In this document: positions 40,613 to 52,858 of the stretch, piece after piece
Numbering within the stretch: the stretch's first letter is position 1
Layout: each line of letters opens with the position of its first letter
From: Epiperipatus broadwayi
Taxonomy: Eukaryota; Animalia; Onychophora
DNA length: 64,000 nucleotides
Direction of reading: 5' to 3'
Assembly (NCBI GenBank): GCA_028023455.1
Contig: JAQFVV010000001.1
Span: 13,392,001-13,456,000 of the forward strand
Program-made: the position numbers and the translations under genes
Notes under the pieces: generated by a model
Seen by the model: the letters and a program-made list of their open reading frames with translations, nothing else
What the model was told of the DNA's origin: nothing
Databases searched by the model: none

Positions 40613-40720
40613 GTTAAGAAAAAACTGCCTAATCCTTTTCAAGAAGAACACAAAAAAGAAAGAGAATCTTCCATTGGTCGTCAATTGTTAAATGTAAAAT
40701 GTTGTTGCCCTCCTTATCAG
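40613..40720 (+). CDS. Probable downstream exon of the SAM gene (VKKKLPNPFQEEHKKERESSIGRQLLNVKCCCPPYQ, phase 0-0)
   Basis: TTTTCAG acceptor and CAG|GTACTG donor. Only one frame is open and it is phase-compatible with exon 2. Linkage to the SAM exons is inferred. Confidence 0.55.
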
Positions 40721-40989
40721 GTACTGATTTATTTATACAATTTTAAAATATATATATATTAGTTATTAAAAACAGTCACTAGTTTTAGTATCTTGTAATT
40801 ATTTTTTATATTACCATATTTATTTAAAATCACAAGTTGTAAATAAATTTGTATATAGATATAGAAAATCCCCATTATCTATGTTTAATTGTTACAGTAA
40901 AAACAAAGATATCTGCAATAAATAACTTGTTATGGTAAATTATATCTTTAATATCTTTTATAAAGTAACACAATTAATGTTCATTTCAG

Positions 40990-41015
40990 ACTTGAGGACA
41001 ACAAATGTCTGTGAG
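40990..41015 (+). CDS. Probable small exon (26 nt); reads T-stop in phase 0 or DLRTTNVCE in phase 1
   Basis: CATTTCAG acceptor and GAG|GTATGT donor at 41016. Confidence 0.35.
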
Positions 41016-41502
41016 GTATGTGAACAGTGCAATGGTAAAAGGTTCTTAAGTTTATCAAAGTCCCTGGTTTGTGGCATGTTTTTGTGAAAATCAAAACATC
41101 TTATCACTTTTTAAATATAAGTATGCTTTCTTTTTGTTTTTGCCAAACTGTAATTTGTAGGCTTCATACAATGACTATTACATGCAACGTAATACAATTG
41201 TAAACACACTGGGTTTTTGTGGTGGCACAAATTTTTCCGCTATATTACAATGTATGTATTGAAATAGTTCATAATGTTCTGGTCATGTTAATGTGAAATG
41301 CAAATACATATTTGTACAACTTTATTGAATCAATATTTGAGTAAACAAAATAAAATAAAAAATACATAATGCAAAAAATTATATTTTATTTTTTTGAATG
41401 TTTTTTTCTTCTGAGAATTCTGATGCAAAATAAATAAAATTTTTAACAAAGAGAATCATTCTTGACCTGATTTATACTAATTGTAAAGCAATATATATAT
41501 AT

Positions 41503-42156
41503 CAATATTCAATAGAATAAAAACTACAAAATTTTAAAAAATGCCTGTATAAAATTGAAGATTAAAATTCTTTGCTATAGCTAGCTTAGGCATATTCTGC
41601 CATCTTAAGTAGCAATACGTTAATATTTAAAAATATCACAAATAAATTTTTCTAAAACCGTCTTATATTTTTCAATTGATTTAAATTTTTCACAACATAA
41701 ATTTATTACCTCAGTAATAATCAATTGTTTAACTTTACCAATTACCATTTTATGTCCATCAATTACACCATTAATATTTACGCAACAAAAGTTCGGATAA
41801 ACATTACTGCTTTGACAAAGTTTTAAAAATTCAATCCTGTGTGAAAGTTTAATAAAACGTTTATAATTCCTTCGCCATTCAGTCAATAACCACGGAACCA
41901 TTTTACTATAAGGCATGTAGAAATTCCAGATAAAATATGTAATATCAAATAATATAAGTATAATAACAATATTCACTAGAATAAAAACTACAAAATTTTA
42001 AAAAATGCCTGTATAAAATTAAAGATTAAAATTCTTTGCTATAGCTAGCTTCGGCATATTCTGCCATTTTAAGTAGCAATATGTAAAATGCCTGTATAAA
42101 ATTAAAGATTAAAATTCTAGTGAATATTGTTATTATACTTATATTATTTGATATTA
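41503..42156 (-). mobile_element. Penelope-like element remnant: direct repeats (period ~464 bp) around an ORF N-terminus, plus a 40-bp inverted end
   Basis: Direct repeats start at ~41503 and ~41967. 42117-42156 is the exact reverse complement of 41940-41979. ORF 41620-41976 has KLSHRIEFLKLCQSSNVYPNF, resembling the H..FL..C....P motif of PLE ORF N-termini. Hammerhead-like motifs at 41572-41615 and 42036-42079. Confidence 0.7.
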
Positions 42157-42859
42157 TATATATATATGTGTGTGTGTGTCTGTATTTAATATTATATATA
42201 TATATTTAAGTACTTTTAAGTATATGTAATTGAGACCCTACATGAAAACATTGCACTGGGTGCTGCATTTTTCTCAGGCTGACTCTAATTATATAAATTA
42301 GATTAGTTTATTTTAAATTTAAGTATCCTCCTATTCAATTATTTAAAAATGTTTTTGCGTGCTAGATACAATAGCAGTTGTTAGGTTTTTTTTAAAAAAA
42401 AAATTAGTAAAAATCTAATAAATACAAACATAATACTTATATCAATTAGTATTATTGATTTAAAATTCATTTAAATGTGTGTATTTTTTAAATTTTTTTT
42501 AAATTTGTGAAGATTTTAATTTATTAATTGTATTTATTAGTAATGTTTTTTTTTTTAGTATTCCAGATCAAATAAAAATACTGTTGAAATAAATCTTAAC
42601 TTATGCTGAAATAATGTTTAGTAGTTGTGAAAATTCAAATCCTTGCTCCCTTTCATAATTTTGCATTATTATAGACGTTTTCTGAATTATAGGGAATCAA
42701 ATTAATGGCACTTTATTTATAAATAAGTCAAAACATTAAAGTGGATTTGTAGTAAATTCATTAAGGAATAAACATTTTTTAAAATCGACAAAAACTCATT
42801 CTATGATAATGTATTATTATATTTTATAATTTAAAAATTAATTATTTTATGACATCTTT

Positions 42860-43400
42860 ATTTCACTATGAACTTATTAGAAAGTATTTCTGTTTTGACT
42901 CATATATCATTAAAATCCATTCATAAATGAGTATGGCCATCTAATTCCAGATCAAAGAAAAGAGAGAGAAAGAAAGAGGGAAAGATTTACTAATCATAAA
43001 TGTGTTTATACATAACATATGCTGACCCTTTAATCTGCTTGTATAAATAACATAATATCTATTAATTTTTCAGAAAACATTTTTTCTGAAAGATTTAATA
43101 TTTTGCTCATTTGTAGCTCTCTATAATATTGTACTCTTAGCTATATTCTCCCAACAAGCACTTTTGTATTGAACCTTTTTAGCCTATCTTTGAAATAATA
43201 TTTATAATGCAAATGAAACTTTTCTCATTGATAATCATTCAGGATCATTTTTATCATAATTTTTTTAAAAAAATCTATCATCCTTCATCTGCTTCACATG
43301 CCCATTTCAATTTATTAAATCTGCATCCAACAAACTAAACAATATATCAATTGTTTTTATGATCTTGTTATTATATTTTTCAAAATATTATAGTGTATCT
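42860..43400 (-). mobile_element. Degenerate LINE endonuclease-region fragment
   Basis: Minus-strand DADLIN*NGHV resembles the GDLNGHVG motif of RTE endonucleases. Boundaries approximate. Confidence 0.35.
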
Positions 43401-43422
43401 TTAAATAAATAAAAAAATCCAT

Positions 43423-43535
43423 GTCAAGCATTGTTAGCCGAGAGGTCATCACAACTGCCTTGCAAGCAAGTAGTTGGTTGCAGACGGTTGTGGGTTCGCG
43501 TCCCGGACGATGCTACGACATATGAAAAAAAAAAT
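43423..43535 (+). mobile_element. tRNA-Gly-derived SINE with poly(A) tail and TSD
   Basis: GTCAAGCATTG...GGTTCGCGTCCCGGACGATGC...A-tail. AAAAAAATCCA occurs on both sides (43411-43421 and 43529-43539). Confidence 0.8.
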
Positions 43536-44439
43536 CCACGTCTTTATGTTACATTGTCTCATTTCCGTACAATTAATTTATACAACTGATTTTGTTAAAA
43601 TAGTTATATTGATAAAATACTCTGTTCTATAATGTACCAAAATTTAGCTTTTTTATCCAAAATCTCTCATGTTTAGAGATTTATATTTTCAAATTGATAA
43701 CCAACCAAACCAACAGTTGCTAAAGACTTTTGTCTTTTATTTGAAATATTAATGCTAAACCAATTTCTCTGTAGGATGCATTTCAAAATATTAAGAAGTT
43801 TTTATAGATTATTCTTTAAATTGACAATAGCAGCAAAATTATTAGCATAGTACTAGAAAAAAGGACTATTATTGGTTCCGCTTTTATTTGTTCAAAATAA
43901 AAACTCCATCATTAAATCTATATTGTATTTACTTGTTTCATAAAAACCATCTATAAACTGCAAAAATCCTTGCCATAAAAATGGAAAACAAAATTATAAT
44001 TAATGCATGTCTTCTTTCTACACATCCATTCTTTTTAATTACTTTGTACTACTTTGGACTTTACATTATCACTAATAACATTTCTCTCATATCATCATAT
44101 AGCTGCTATATAGTATAATAAACATCTATGGGTATTTAGCTATTTTCGCATTGCCATATATATTTTCAAATGTTGGACTAATTGATAAAAGCAGTGCTCT
44201 AATCTCATATATATATATTATAACACAAATGTATATATATATATATATATGTGTTACATAAACCACTAAAAATAATATTAAAAAAAGTATATACATTTTT
44301 ATAAAAAAATGAAAAAGTACTGTTAGTTTAATAAATAAAAGTAAAATTAATTTTCAAATAAATTCTGTTAGGAAATAAACAAAAGATATCCTAATCTCAA
44401 ATTAATAAATAAAGGTATTTTAGCAAAAGGAAAAATATA

Positions 44440-45410
44440 ATTCCCCAACAAGCTTTGTGATAAATGCTTAGCCAGAGAAAGCATTTAAAATATCTCTGAC
44501 CATGGAAATCCTCATTGTTTATAACTTACAAGCTTAAGAGAATAGGGTCATGTGATCTATGACTTAATTTGACTATTTATAGTCTCTGCCTTAAGTCTTA
44601 TGTGATGTTATATTGTTAAGACTACTAATATATGGTATGGCTGAAGATCTATCAGTCCCATATAGCTATTTGAGTTAGATAGCTGGGTTTGAAGACATGT
44701 AGGTGTCAGAAAATTTCAGATTTTCCACTCAATAGATAACTTTTAGATAAATGCTGGTTTTGGGTTGGTATTTTCAGGTCTAGTGTCTGAACCTACCCTA
44801 GCATCTCTCTGAGTGCCAAAGCACGAAACCATGGTCAGGGGTAGGGGGGGGTTCCTGACAGATATTTTAAATGCTTTCTCTGACTAAGCATTTATCACAA
44901 AGCTTGTTGGGAATTGGCAATCCTCATTGTTTATAACTTACAAGCTTAAGAGAATAGGGTCATGTGATCTATGACTTAATTTGACTATTTATAGTCTCTG
45001 CCTTAAGTCTTATGTGATGTTATATTGTTAAGACTACTAATATATGGTATGGCTGAAGATCTATCAGTCCCATATAGCTATTTGAGTTAGATAGCTGGGT
45101 TTGAAGACATGTAGGTGTCAGAAAATTTCAGATTTTCCACTCAATAGATAACTTTTAGATAAATGCTGGTTTTGGGTTGGTATTTTCAGGTCTAGTGTCT
45201 GAACCTACCCTAGCATCTCTCTGAGTGCCAAAGCACGAAACCATGGTCAGGGGTAGGGGGGGGTTCCTGACAGATATTTTAAATGCTTTCTCTGACTAAG
45301 CATTTATCACAAAGCTTGTTGGGAATTGGCAATCCTCATTGTTTATAACTTACAAGCTTAAGAGAATAGGGTCATGTGATCTATAACTCTTAATTTGACT
45401 ATTTATAGCT
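44440..45410 (+). mobile_element. Tandem array of a 412-bp unit (2 full copies + ~78 bp) preceded by an inverted partial copy; Penelope pLTR / retrozyme-like
   Basis: AATCCTCATTG starts at 44507, 44919 and 45331. 44440-44505 is the reverse complement of the unit's 3' end. Hammerhead-like motif at 44804-44841 and 45216-45253. Confidence 0.9.
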
Positions 45411-47039
45411 TATTTGTTCTTTTAACTAAAAGAAAAAAAAATCCAAATGTTATTGATGGAAATGAAAACAAAAGAAACTAAATTGTAACCTTAAAGAATA
45501 AGATAAATTGTACAAATTTATTATTGAAAATTGTTTAATTGGAAAATTTATGATTTAATCAAAATAATTTTGTAAATTGTCTAATTAGGAAGGAATTAGG
45601 TTTTATTGGAAATATTTCCAACTGATTAGATAATATTATAATTATTGTTGTAATTAAGAAAAAAGAAAAGAGGATTAAATAATTGGGGAAAAAATTTGAA
45701 AGTAATGATGTGGGTAACCTCAGGTAATGATTTTATCAGAGGATATAAAAGCTACTAAATTTCTATTGTATTCATTCTGCTGCATCTGATGAATTGTGCT
45801 GTTAAAAGTTGGTTGCCATTTTGATCTGATATAATTTCAATTTGCTGATAGTAAAAGTAGCATGTTGTATTCATTCTACTGTCAGCTAATTATAATAATC
45901 TTGCTGATATCAGCAATGTGTAGATATTTATGTGGATGTCTTAACATCACCATACATTGATAAGCTCAACAAGGAAGTTCATTTAGTGTTCACCACCCAG
46001 TTCTTTCATATCTGACCATCTGAAAGGTAATAAATATCCTTGACCACCATACCTACCTATCATTATTACTGAACAAGGTTCAAGATACATGCTGCCCTAG
46101 AAAGAAGAAGCAACAAGCTGTTAAAAGGAGCCAGGAATGCCATTCATAAACTCAGTCAACTTTCAGGAAAAGAGGCATGCATTCCGAGAAAACTATAACA
46201 AAATCTAGAAAATATATATGATAATTTAAAGTTTAGATAGATTTTACTCTTTTTACGAACTTTTATAAAACTAAAAGTAATCAAATTCTGATTCTCTGTT
46301 TAGAAATGGACTGATCTACATTAAATAACTATAACTAGTGTAATTTAGTTTGTGTTTATTTTTGATTATTGTTATATGTTTGTGTAAATAAACATGTTGT
46401 TTTAAATTGTTCTCTCTACACCTCACCATACAATAATAATTAAGATAAAATTGTGTCAATTATATATGTGTGTTTAAAATATATTGTCTGATAGCTCGAG
46501 TCATGTCATTTTCTTGCTCTTTGTGCTAATCAGGGAATCAATCACTTGGAGTATTTTAAAATCTTTTGTTGATACTTCAGTTTTTAGCTGAATAGCACCC
46601 AATGATTTATCCTTAGTATAAATAAAAGTATTCGCTTGCAGTTATGGAAGAATGAAACAGTCTTGAAAGGTGGCCACAGGTTGTATATTTATATACAATC
46701 TCAGTCTGACTGTTGGTATAATTAATGTGTAAAAATATTATCCATATTGACTCCTCTACTTGTATAATAGTACCTCAAATTTATATGTTATTATTGTTAA
46801 AATTTAAATCATAATTAATCCATTATAAATTGTTCTCTCAATTTGGGAATGAGAACATTTCAGTTATAAATGTCAATCTAAATTGGGATATAGTGAGTAT
46901 TCCATTATAAATGTCGTCCAATGTATGTGCACAAACAAACCTGTTCTAATTTTATTTAATTGTCATCTTAAAATAATCTCGACTATCAGATAAAAAATAA
47001 TAATAATAAAATAAAAGTTGATAATTTGGTGAGAAATGT

Positions 47040-48760
47040 GAAAGAGGAAAAAACAGTCAACACTAAAATAACTATTTTAATTAAAGAAATTTAAAATATA
47101 TATGTATGGGTGAAGTAGTTAAAAGAAAAGATTAAAATAAGTAATTGTGGATAGAATTATAAAAATAGAAGTATAAAAACAGCAATGGTAGGAATCATAA
47201 CTACACAGATGGATAATGTTCGAGGAGACTGTGTTGTGGGAGATCGGATGAATACACCAATTAAAGAAAATAACAAACTAGAAATATATAAAGATTAATA
47301 ATAAAACAATAGCAATATTAAAAATAAATATAAAAACAAGATAACTGTTGTCATTAAATAAATATAACAAAATTAAATAGGGTAAGTGATTACTAGAACA
47401 AGAGCAAAAATGGAAGCTCAAAATAAAGAATTAAAAAATATTCCCAGCAAGTAACAACAGCAAGATAAAACTGAAAAACAGGAAATCTTGACTCAGGAAG
47501 AAAACAATGACATAATGATCATGATGACCAAAATCTTTGAAAAACTCAAAAAAGTGGGAACTCAAAATAATAAGACATCTGAAGAACTTAAAAAACAAAA
47601 TGAAGGAATTAAAAAACAAATTAGGGAAACAACCAAAGAGCTAAAAAATCAAAATAATGAAACAAAATTAGAAGTTAAGCTGAAATGTCTGAAAAATTAG
47701 AGCAGCAAATTGAATCAGGATGTGAAAAAATGAAAGATTAAATTAGGAAATAAATAAATGAGAATATGAAAGTGGAAAATCAAGTGAAACAGCATATCAA
47801 GAGATTGACAAAATTAAAGTAGTGCAGGAAAATATAGAGCTGTTATAAAAAGTAGTAACAGATAATAAATTAGAAAATAAAAGAATAGTAGAAAATATGA
47901 GAGCAGAAATTAACAATTTAGTGGAGAAAATAGACAAAATAGATTTTTAAAATAGGCAAAATAAAATGCTTACAGAAATCGGCAAGGTAGACATTAATAA
48001 TTATGAACGAGAGAGTGTGAATATAAGCATGCATATGCAGAACAATAACCCTGCAATAGTTATCAATTTTTTAGAATAAGAATATTCTCAGTACATGTAG
48101 GTGAAGCTCCCACATAACATATAAGTAGTCTGGATACTTCACATTTAATAAGCTAAGTGAAGAGGCCATGATTGTGATTGCATACAGTCATCTGCAAGGC
48201 ACTTCTGATGGGATTCTCTATTCACAAACCTATTACTTTTATCACAAGCCACCTGGTGAGCCTTTCAATCTCTTCCATAGTCAGGTAGCCAAATTACATC
48301 CATTGACAGCCAGCACACTAATCAAACAACAAATTTCTAGAATAGTGCAACATAATTTTTCTCATAATGTTGAGCAAAGGCTCATTGGAATGGAGAAAAA
48401 GACATTTGAGCAAATGGTCGAATTATTAAGTGCTTTTAATAACACCAGATCTACTTAGAGGATGAAAGATCAAAAATTTAAACCCCAATCTAAAGAATTG
48501 ACAATAAATACCATGAAATTTGGCCACAGGACCATCTATCTCTTGAAGTGGATATAAAAAGAGATGGTTTTCCGATAGCCTGAAAGAACAAAAATCTTCA
48601 AGCAAACCAGAAGCGAGTCAAATCTTATTCATGCAAGGTAATATGAGAGACCAAGGAGTGATTCACAATCCTCTAGCATGAGCAGCTACTTTAAGAAATA
48701 TCAAAAAAAGAACTGATAAAAATTAATTTTTTAATCAGATGGACTAGCAGATTTGACATA
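47040..48760 (+). mobile_element. Possible decayed gag-like region of an LTR retrotransposon
   Basis: Broken K/E/Q/N-rich coiled-coil-like frames (ORF 47488-47700). No diagnostic motif was seen. Confidence 0.3.
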
Positions 48761-49499
48761 ATAATGACTCCGGATTGCATAAGAAAAAATGATGCCTCTC
48801 CCCCCTCCTCATATTCAATGAGATAATTTTTTTTTAGTTTTTACCTTTCAGTAGATTATCTCTTTAAGCACTCTATCATGTTATTGTCATCAATACTCTG
48901 AATTTCTTATTATTACTAATATTATTCAATACTATAAGATTCAGTTTTTCTTTTAGGGGAGGGACTGCAAATGAATCGCGTCTAATAAAATGAATCAATT
49001 GTAATAAAGCTTAATAGCTAAATTTTTGATGCAAATTTTTTATTGGAGTATAAAATCTGTTTAATTTCCAGAACTGAGATTTTTTTCTCCCATCAACAAA
49101 CTGGGCCGTCTTATTATAAGTACACACATATATAAATATATTTTGTTGGTTTAAAATAATTAAACTAGCGATCAAAATACTGCAATTCTAATACGTTTGT
49201 TTTCAATCAAGTTATTTTTATAAATAGAATAAGAGATTTAGTTGTTTGAAATAAAATTATTTTTATTCAATTAAATGTCTTAATGTTTGAAAATTTATTG
49301 CTGAAGTTAACTACTTTCAGCTTATTAACTATTAATTAACAATTATAGCTTTCAAAAACTAAACCAGATACTGCTAATGAAATATAAGAGTATTTGCTCA
49401 AGTCATAAATAAACTAATAAATTATAATACTGCGTATATTGCGTATAAAAATGAAAGAAAAGAATAGAAAAAATTAAATCAGAAAAATATTATCTTTTC

Positions 49500-51250
49500 C
49501 CAGCCACACTTACATTTATTAGAAGAAACTACTACTATACATTCAGAGAAAATATATCTGGAAACTATATATATATAAACTAGATTTGAGTTGAAAAATA
49601 AAAAATAAAATTGGATTGAATAAAAATATGTCACGGTTTTTCATATAACAAATATGAGGCATGTAGAATAATTTTAAACGGGTTGATGATACATTTGAAA
49701 ATAAATAACCTTGTAGTGGATAGAATATTCACAAATGCTTAATGCTCAAAAGGAAGTATATATATTGGGTGATGAATTGTGAGCAGATGAAAATATTTAA
49801 GGAGAAATTGATGGTATTCTTTTCTAGTGAAGGTAATTAGGAGCAGATTACAAATATTTAAAAGGTTACACTATATCAATGAAAATAGATTTAGTAAAAA
49901 TAGTATTTAATTAGGTTATGTAGAGAAATCAACTGAGACAGTGGACTACAAAAGGATTAAAACTCCTAAAGTTAATAGCTAGAGATTTTATTTCTGGATA
50001 TTAGAATAAGAAATGGGATAAATGGCTAGAGGTTATATTTCAAAATTAAATAGATTGAGTAAAGAAAAATAATTAGAATTATAGAAAATAAATATTAATA
50101 AAAATAAGTAGTTAGAGTTGTGTAAAAAATAAATATGTAAAGTATTAAAAAAAAGTATGATAATATTTAAGGGAGCTTATTTGAATCCAAAGAAAGGTAT
50201 TTAAAATGCAGTAAAAGTTTAGGCTATAATTCTGATTTATTGGAAGACAGGAATGTTTATTTTTGTTGAACATCATGTTGAAATAATTTCATGAAATATA
50301 TAAAAAATAAGAGAAACGTAAAGGTGATGAGAATGAAAGAAGTAGAAATTTTTGATTTTTTTGTTTAGGCTTTTCTTATAAAAATGGGAAATAAATGAAT
50401 AGGTAGGGTATTGGAATTAATAAAATAACTTTTGTTAAAATGAGAAGCAGAAATGTATTAATGTTAGAAGAATGATTTGGGAACTGTAGATTAAGAAAGA
50501 GTAATAGGGGGTCAAAGCAAACGTTTTGTGTATTATTTAATGTTTTCAAAGAATAAAAATGCAGTTAGGCCAACAGTGTCTGGGCATATGGATTTTGCAC
50601 AGGGACTTTTGATTTAATTTAAGGTAAATATATTTTTATATCATATGTAATTTATAGAGCAATGCTTTTTTTTTATTATTATATATATATATTTAAGTTT
50701 TGAGAATACCAAATATTCTGATTGTTTTGAAAATATGTGCTCCAAATACTCTTTTATGTTGAGCTAATCTTTTTATATTTAGATCTTTCCTTGGCTATGG
50801 AAAATTTGTTCTTAGTAAGTCTGTATCAAACCTCATGTTCCCTCCCATCTTAAGTCCTAAAAATAATATTTTTGCTATCTTGAAAAAATAGCCATCTTTT
50901 AAATGATGGGTGATACATCTTTCCAACAATTATTCTATAATTTATTCATTCTTAGAAATATTTGAAAAAACTGAATCAGTTTCTGTGAATATTTTCAAAA
51001 TGTTTGATTGACTTGGTTATGTAATAGTTAGTTTTTAACTTTCATTCATGTAGCATTTTTTTTTTATTTCTATTACAAATCATTTTCTTCAATTTAAAGA
51101 AATGATTCTTCCAACATTTTATCTACTAATGATGGTTTGTATTATATAAATAAAAAGTGATTGTTTTAAGTCTTTTATTTGATTCAATACTATTACAATA
51201 TCACAATTCTTCACAATATACAACTTCATTTAAATTCTATATAAGCCTGA
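49500..51250. mobile_element. Degenerate LINE fragments in opposite orientations (+ ~49500-50600, - ~50700-51250)
   Basis: Strand-biased purine/pyrimidine remnants; minus-strand GLKMGGNMRF resembles G.KIGG....LRFADD. Boundaries approximate. Confidence 0.4.
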
Positions 51251-52858
51251 GACAAATGATGTAGTGAATTCTTCATAAGTTAACACTCAAGTTTACAGTG
51301 TACAATGGTCACCTGTTTCCACTTGTACTAAATGATCATTGCATATCTAGTCACTAGCTTTGTGATTTCAACTATGTGTTTAACAATTATCACTTTAATG
51401 ACTTATAATTCTTTCAGAATACTTGTAAATAAAGAGCAATTTCCATTCAAGTGTATCTTTTGTTTAAGTGTCATAAACTGCAGAGAAAATTTTAAGATTA
51501 ATTAATAGTTATTTTAATAAACCAGCAACTTTTACTTTCTTTCATTTAATCTTGCTGGACATATTCATTTAAATTAAGTGAGTTAGACAAATTTATTTAA
51601 ATTTAGATTAATTCATTACACTCCTCTCCCTCTTGCTAAAAATTTAAGAAAAAATAAAAGCAAAAATAATAATAGCATAAACATTATTTATTTGGATAAC
51701 TTGTAATCTATTAAGTGTCTTCAAGTTAACAGTTTTCCATTGCTTTTTTTTTGGTAGGGATTCTGGCATCAACTGTATTTTTAGGAGAAGTCAACACTTC
51801 TTCTTTATCCTTAGTTAATACACCTTCTACTTAAGCTATGTCTTATGTGTTGCTTGCACAGAGTACTAGTTGTTGATCTTCATTGACTACCTTAATAGAT
51901 TTCTTGCATGATATTCCTGTTCAACAATAGTCAACTCTTTATAATCAATGCCTGTTGAAATCTATGGGTTTGACCATTTTCTACTTTTGCTACTAGAAGG
52001 TACTGACTTCTTTTGGCAGTTATAGCAGCTGATATCCAAATCTTTTCCATAAACTGGCGACATAAAACTTTTGCTTTATATTGTTGTAGTTATCATTAGC
52101 TACTTCATACTGTTTATTGAATGCACTAGATCTAAGACTGAATAATTTGTTCTTAGTGTGTGATTCATAAGCATGTCAGCTGGTATTTTGTTATGGAACA
52201 TTAATAATGTTATACGCTGTATCAAAAACATTCAGGATAGGCACCCACTCCAATCGCTTGATAACCATTTTTATAAGGTTTTTTTTTTGTCTCTTGCACT
52301 ATCCATTCAGCTTCCCCATTATATTGTGGATAAAATAATGATGATACATTTAATATTTCTTAGCACAAACATTTCTAAACTAGTCAGATGTGAAATGTGG
52401 AATGTCTTCTAATATTGGAAAAAATGGTCATAATAAGATCATATATATCAAATAATTTTTTTTAAGTATTCTGGTAGTGGTTAATGTGTGGAAAAAGAAT
52501 ATTTTCCTCTAATCACTTGGAAATGGCATCAGTAACAATAAGAAATTGCTTATCTTTCCATTTATCTTTGTGTTTTATATAAAGTAGTGTCTCAAGTTGT
52601 TTGTTTGAGACCAAGAATTTAATTTTGTAAGATGCTTGAATTTGTTGAATATTTTATTCTAAATAACTTTTATATTCCAGTTATTTCCATTTTGAATAAT
52701 TATGTTCTTTTGTGATATGGAAGTAAGTTTTCAAAAATTTATTTATTTATTGTTTTAGTTTAAACAACATTACCAAAATTGAAAATTAATACAAAGCAAT
52801 TATATTTTTTAACTTTTATTTTCTGTTTTAAAAAATTTTCACTTTGATAAAAAAATTT

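Noticed and set aside
51750-52420. Possible piggyBac-like transposase remnant on the minus strand
   Set aside because: Motif resemblance is weak and no TTAA-flanked TIRs were identified.
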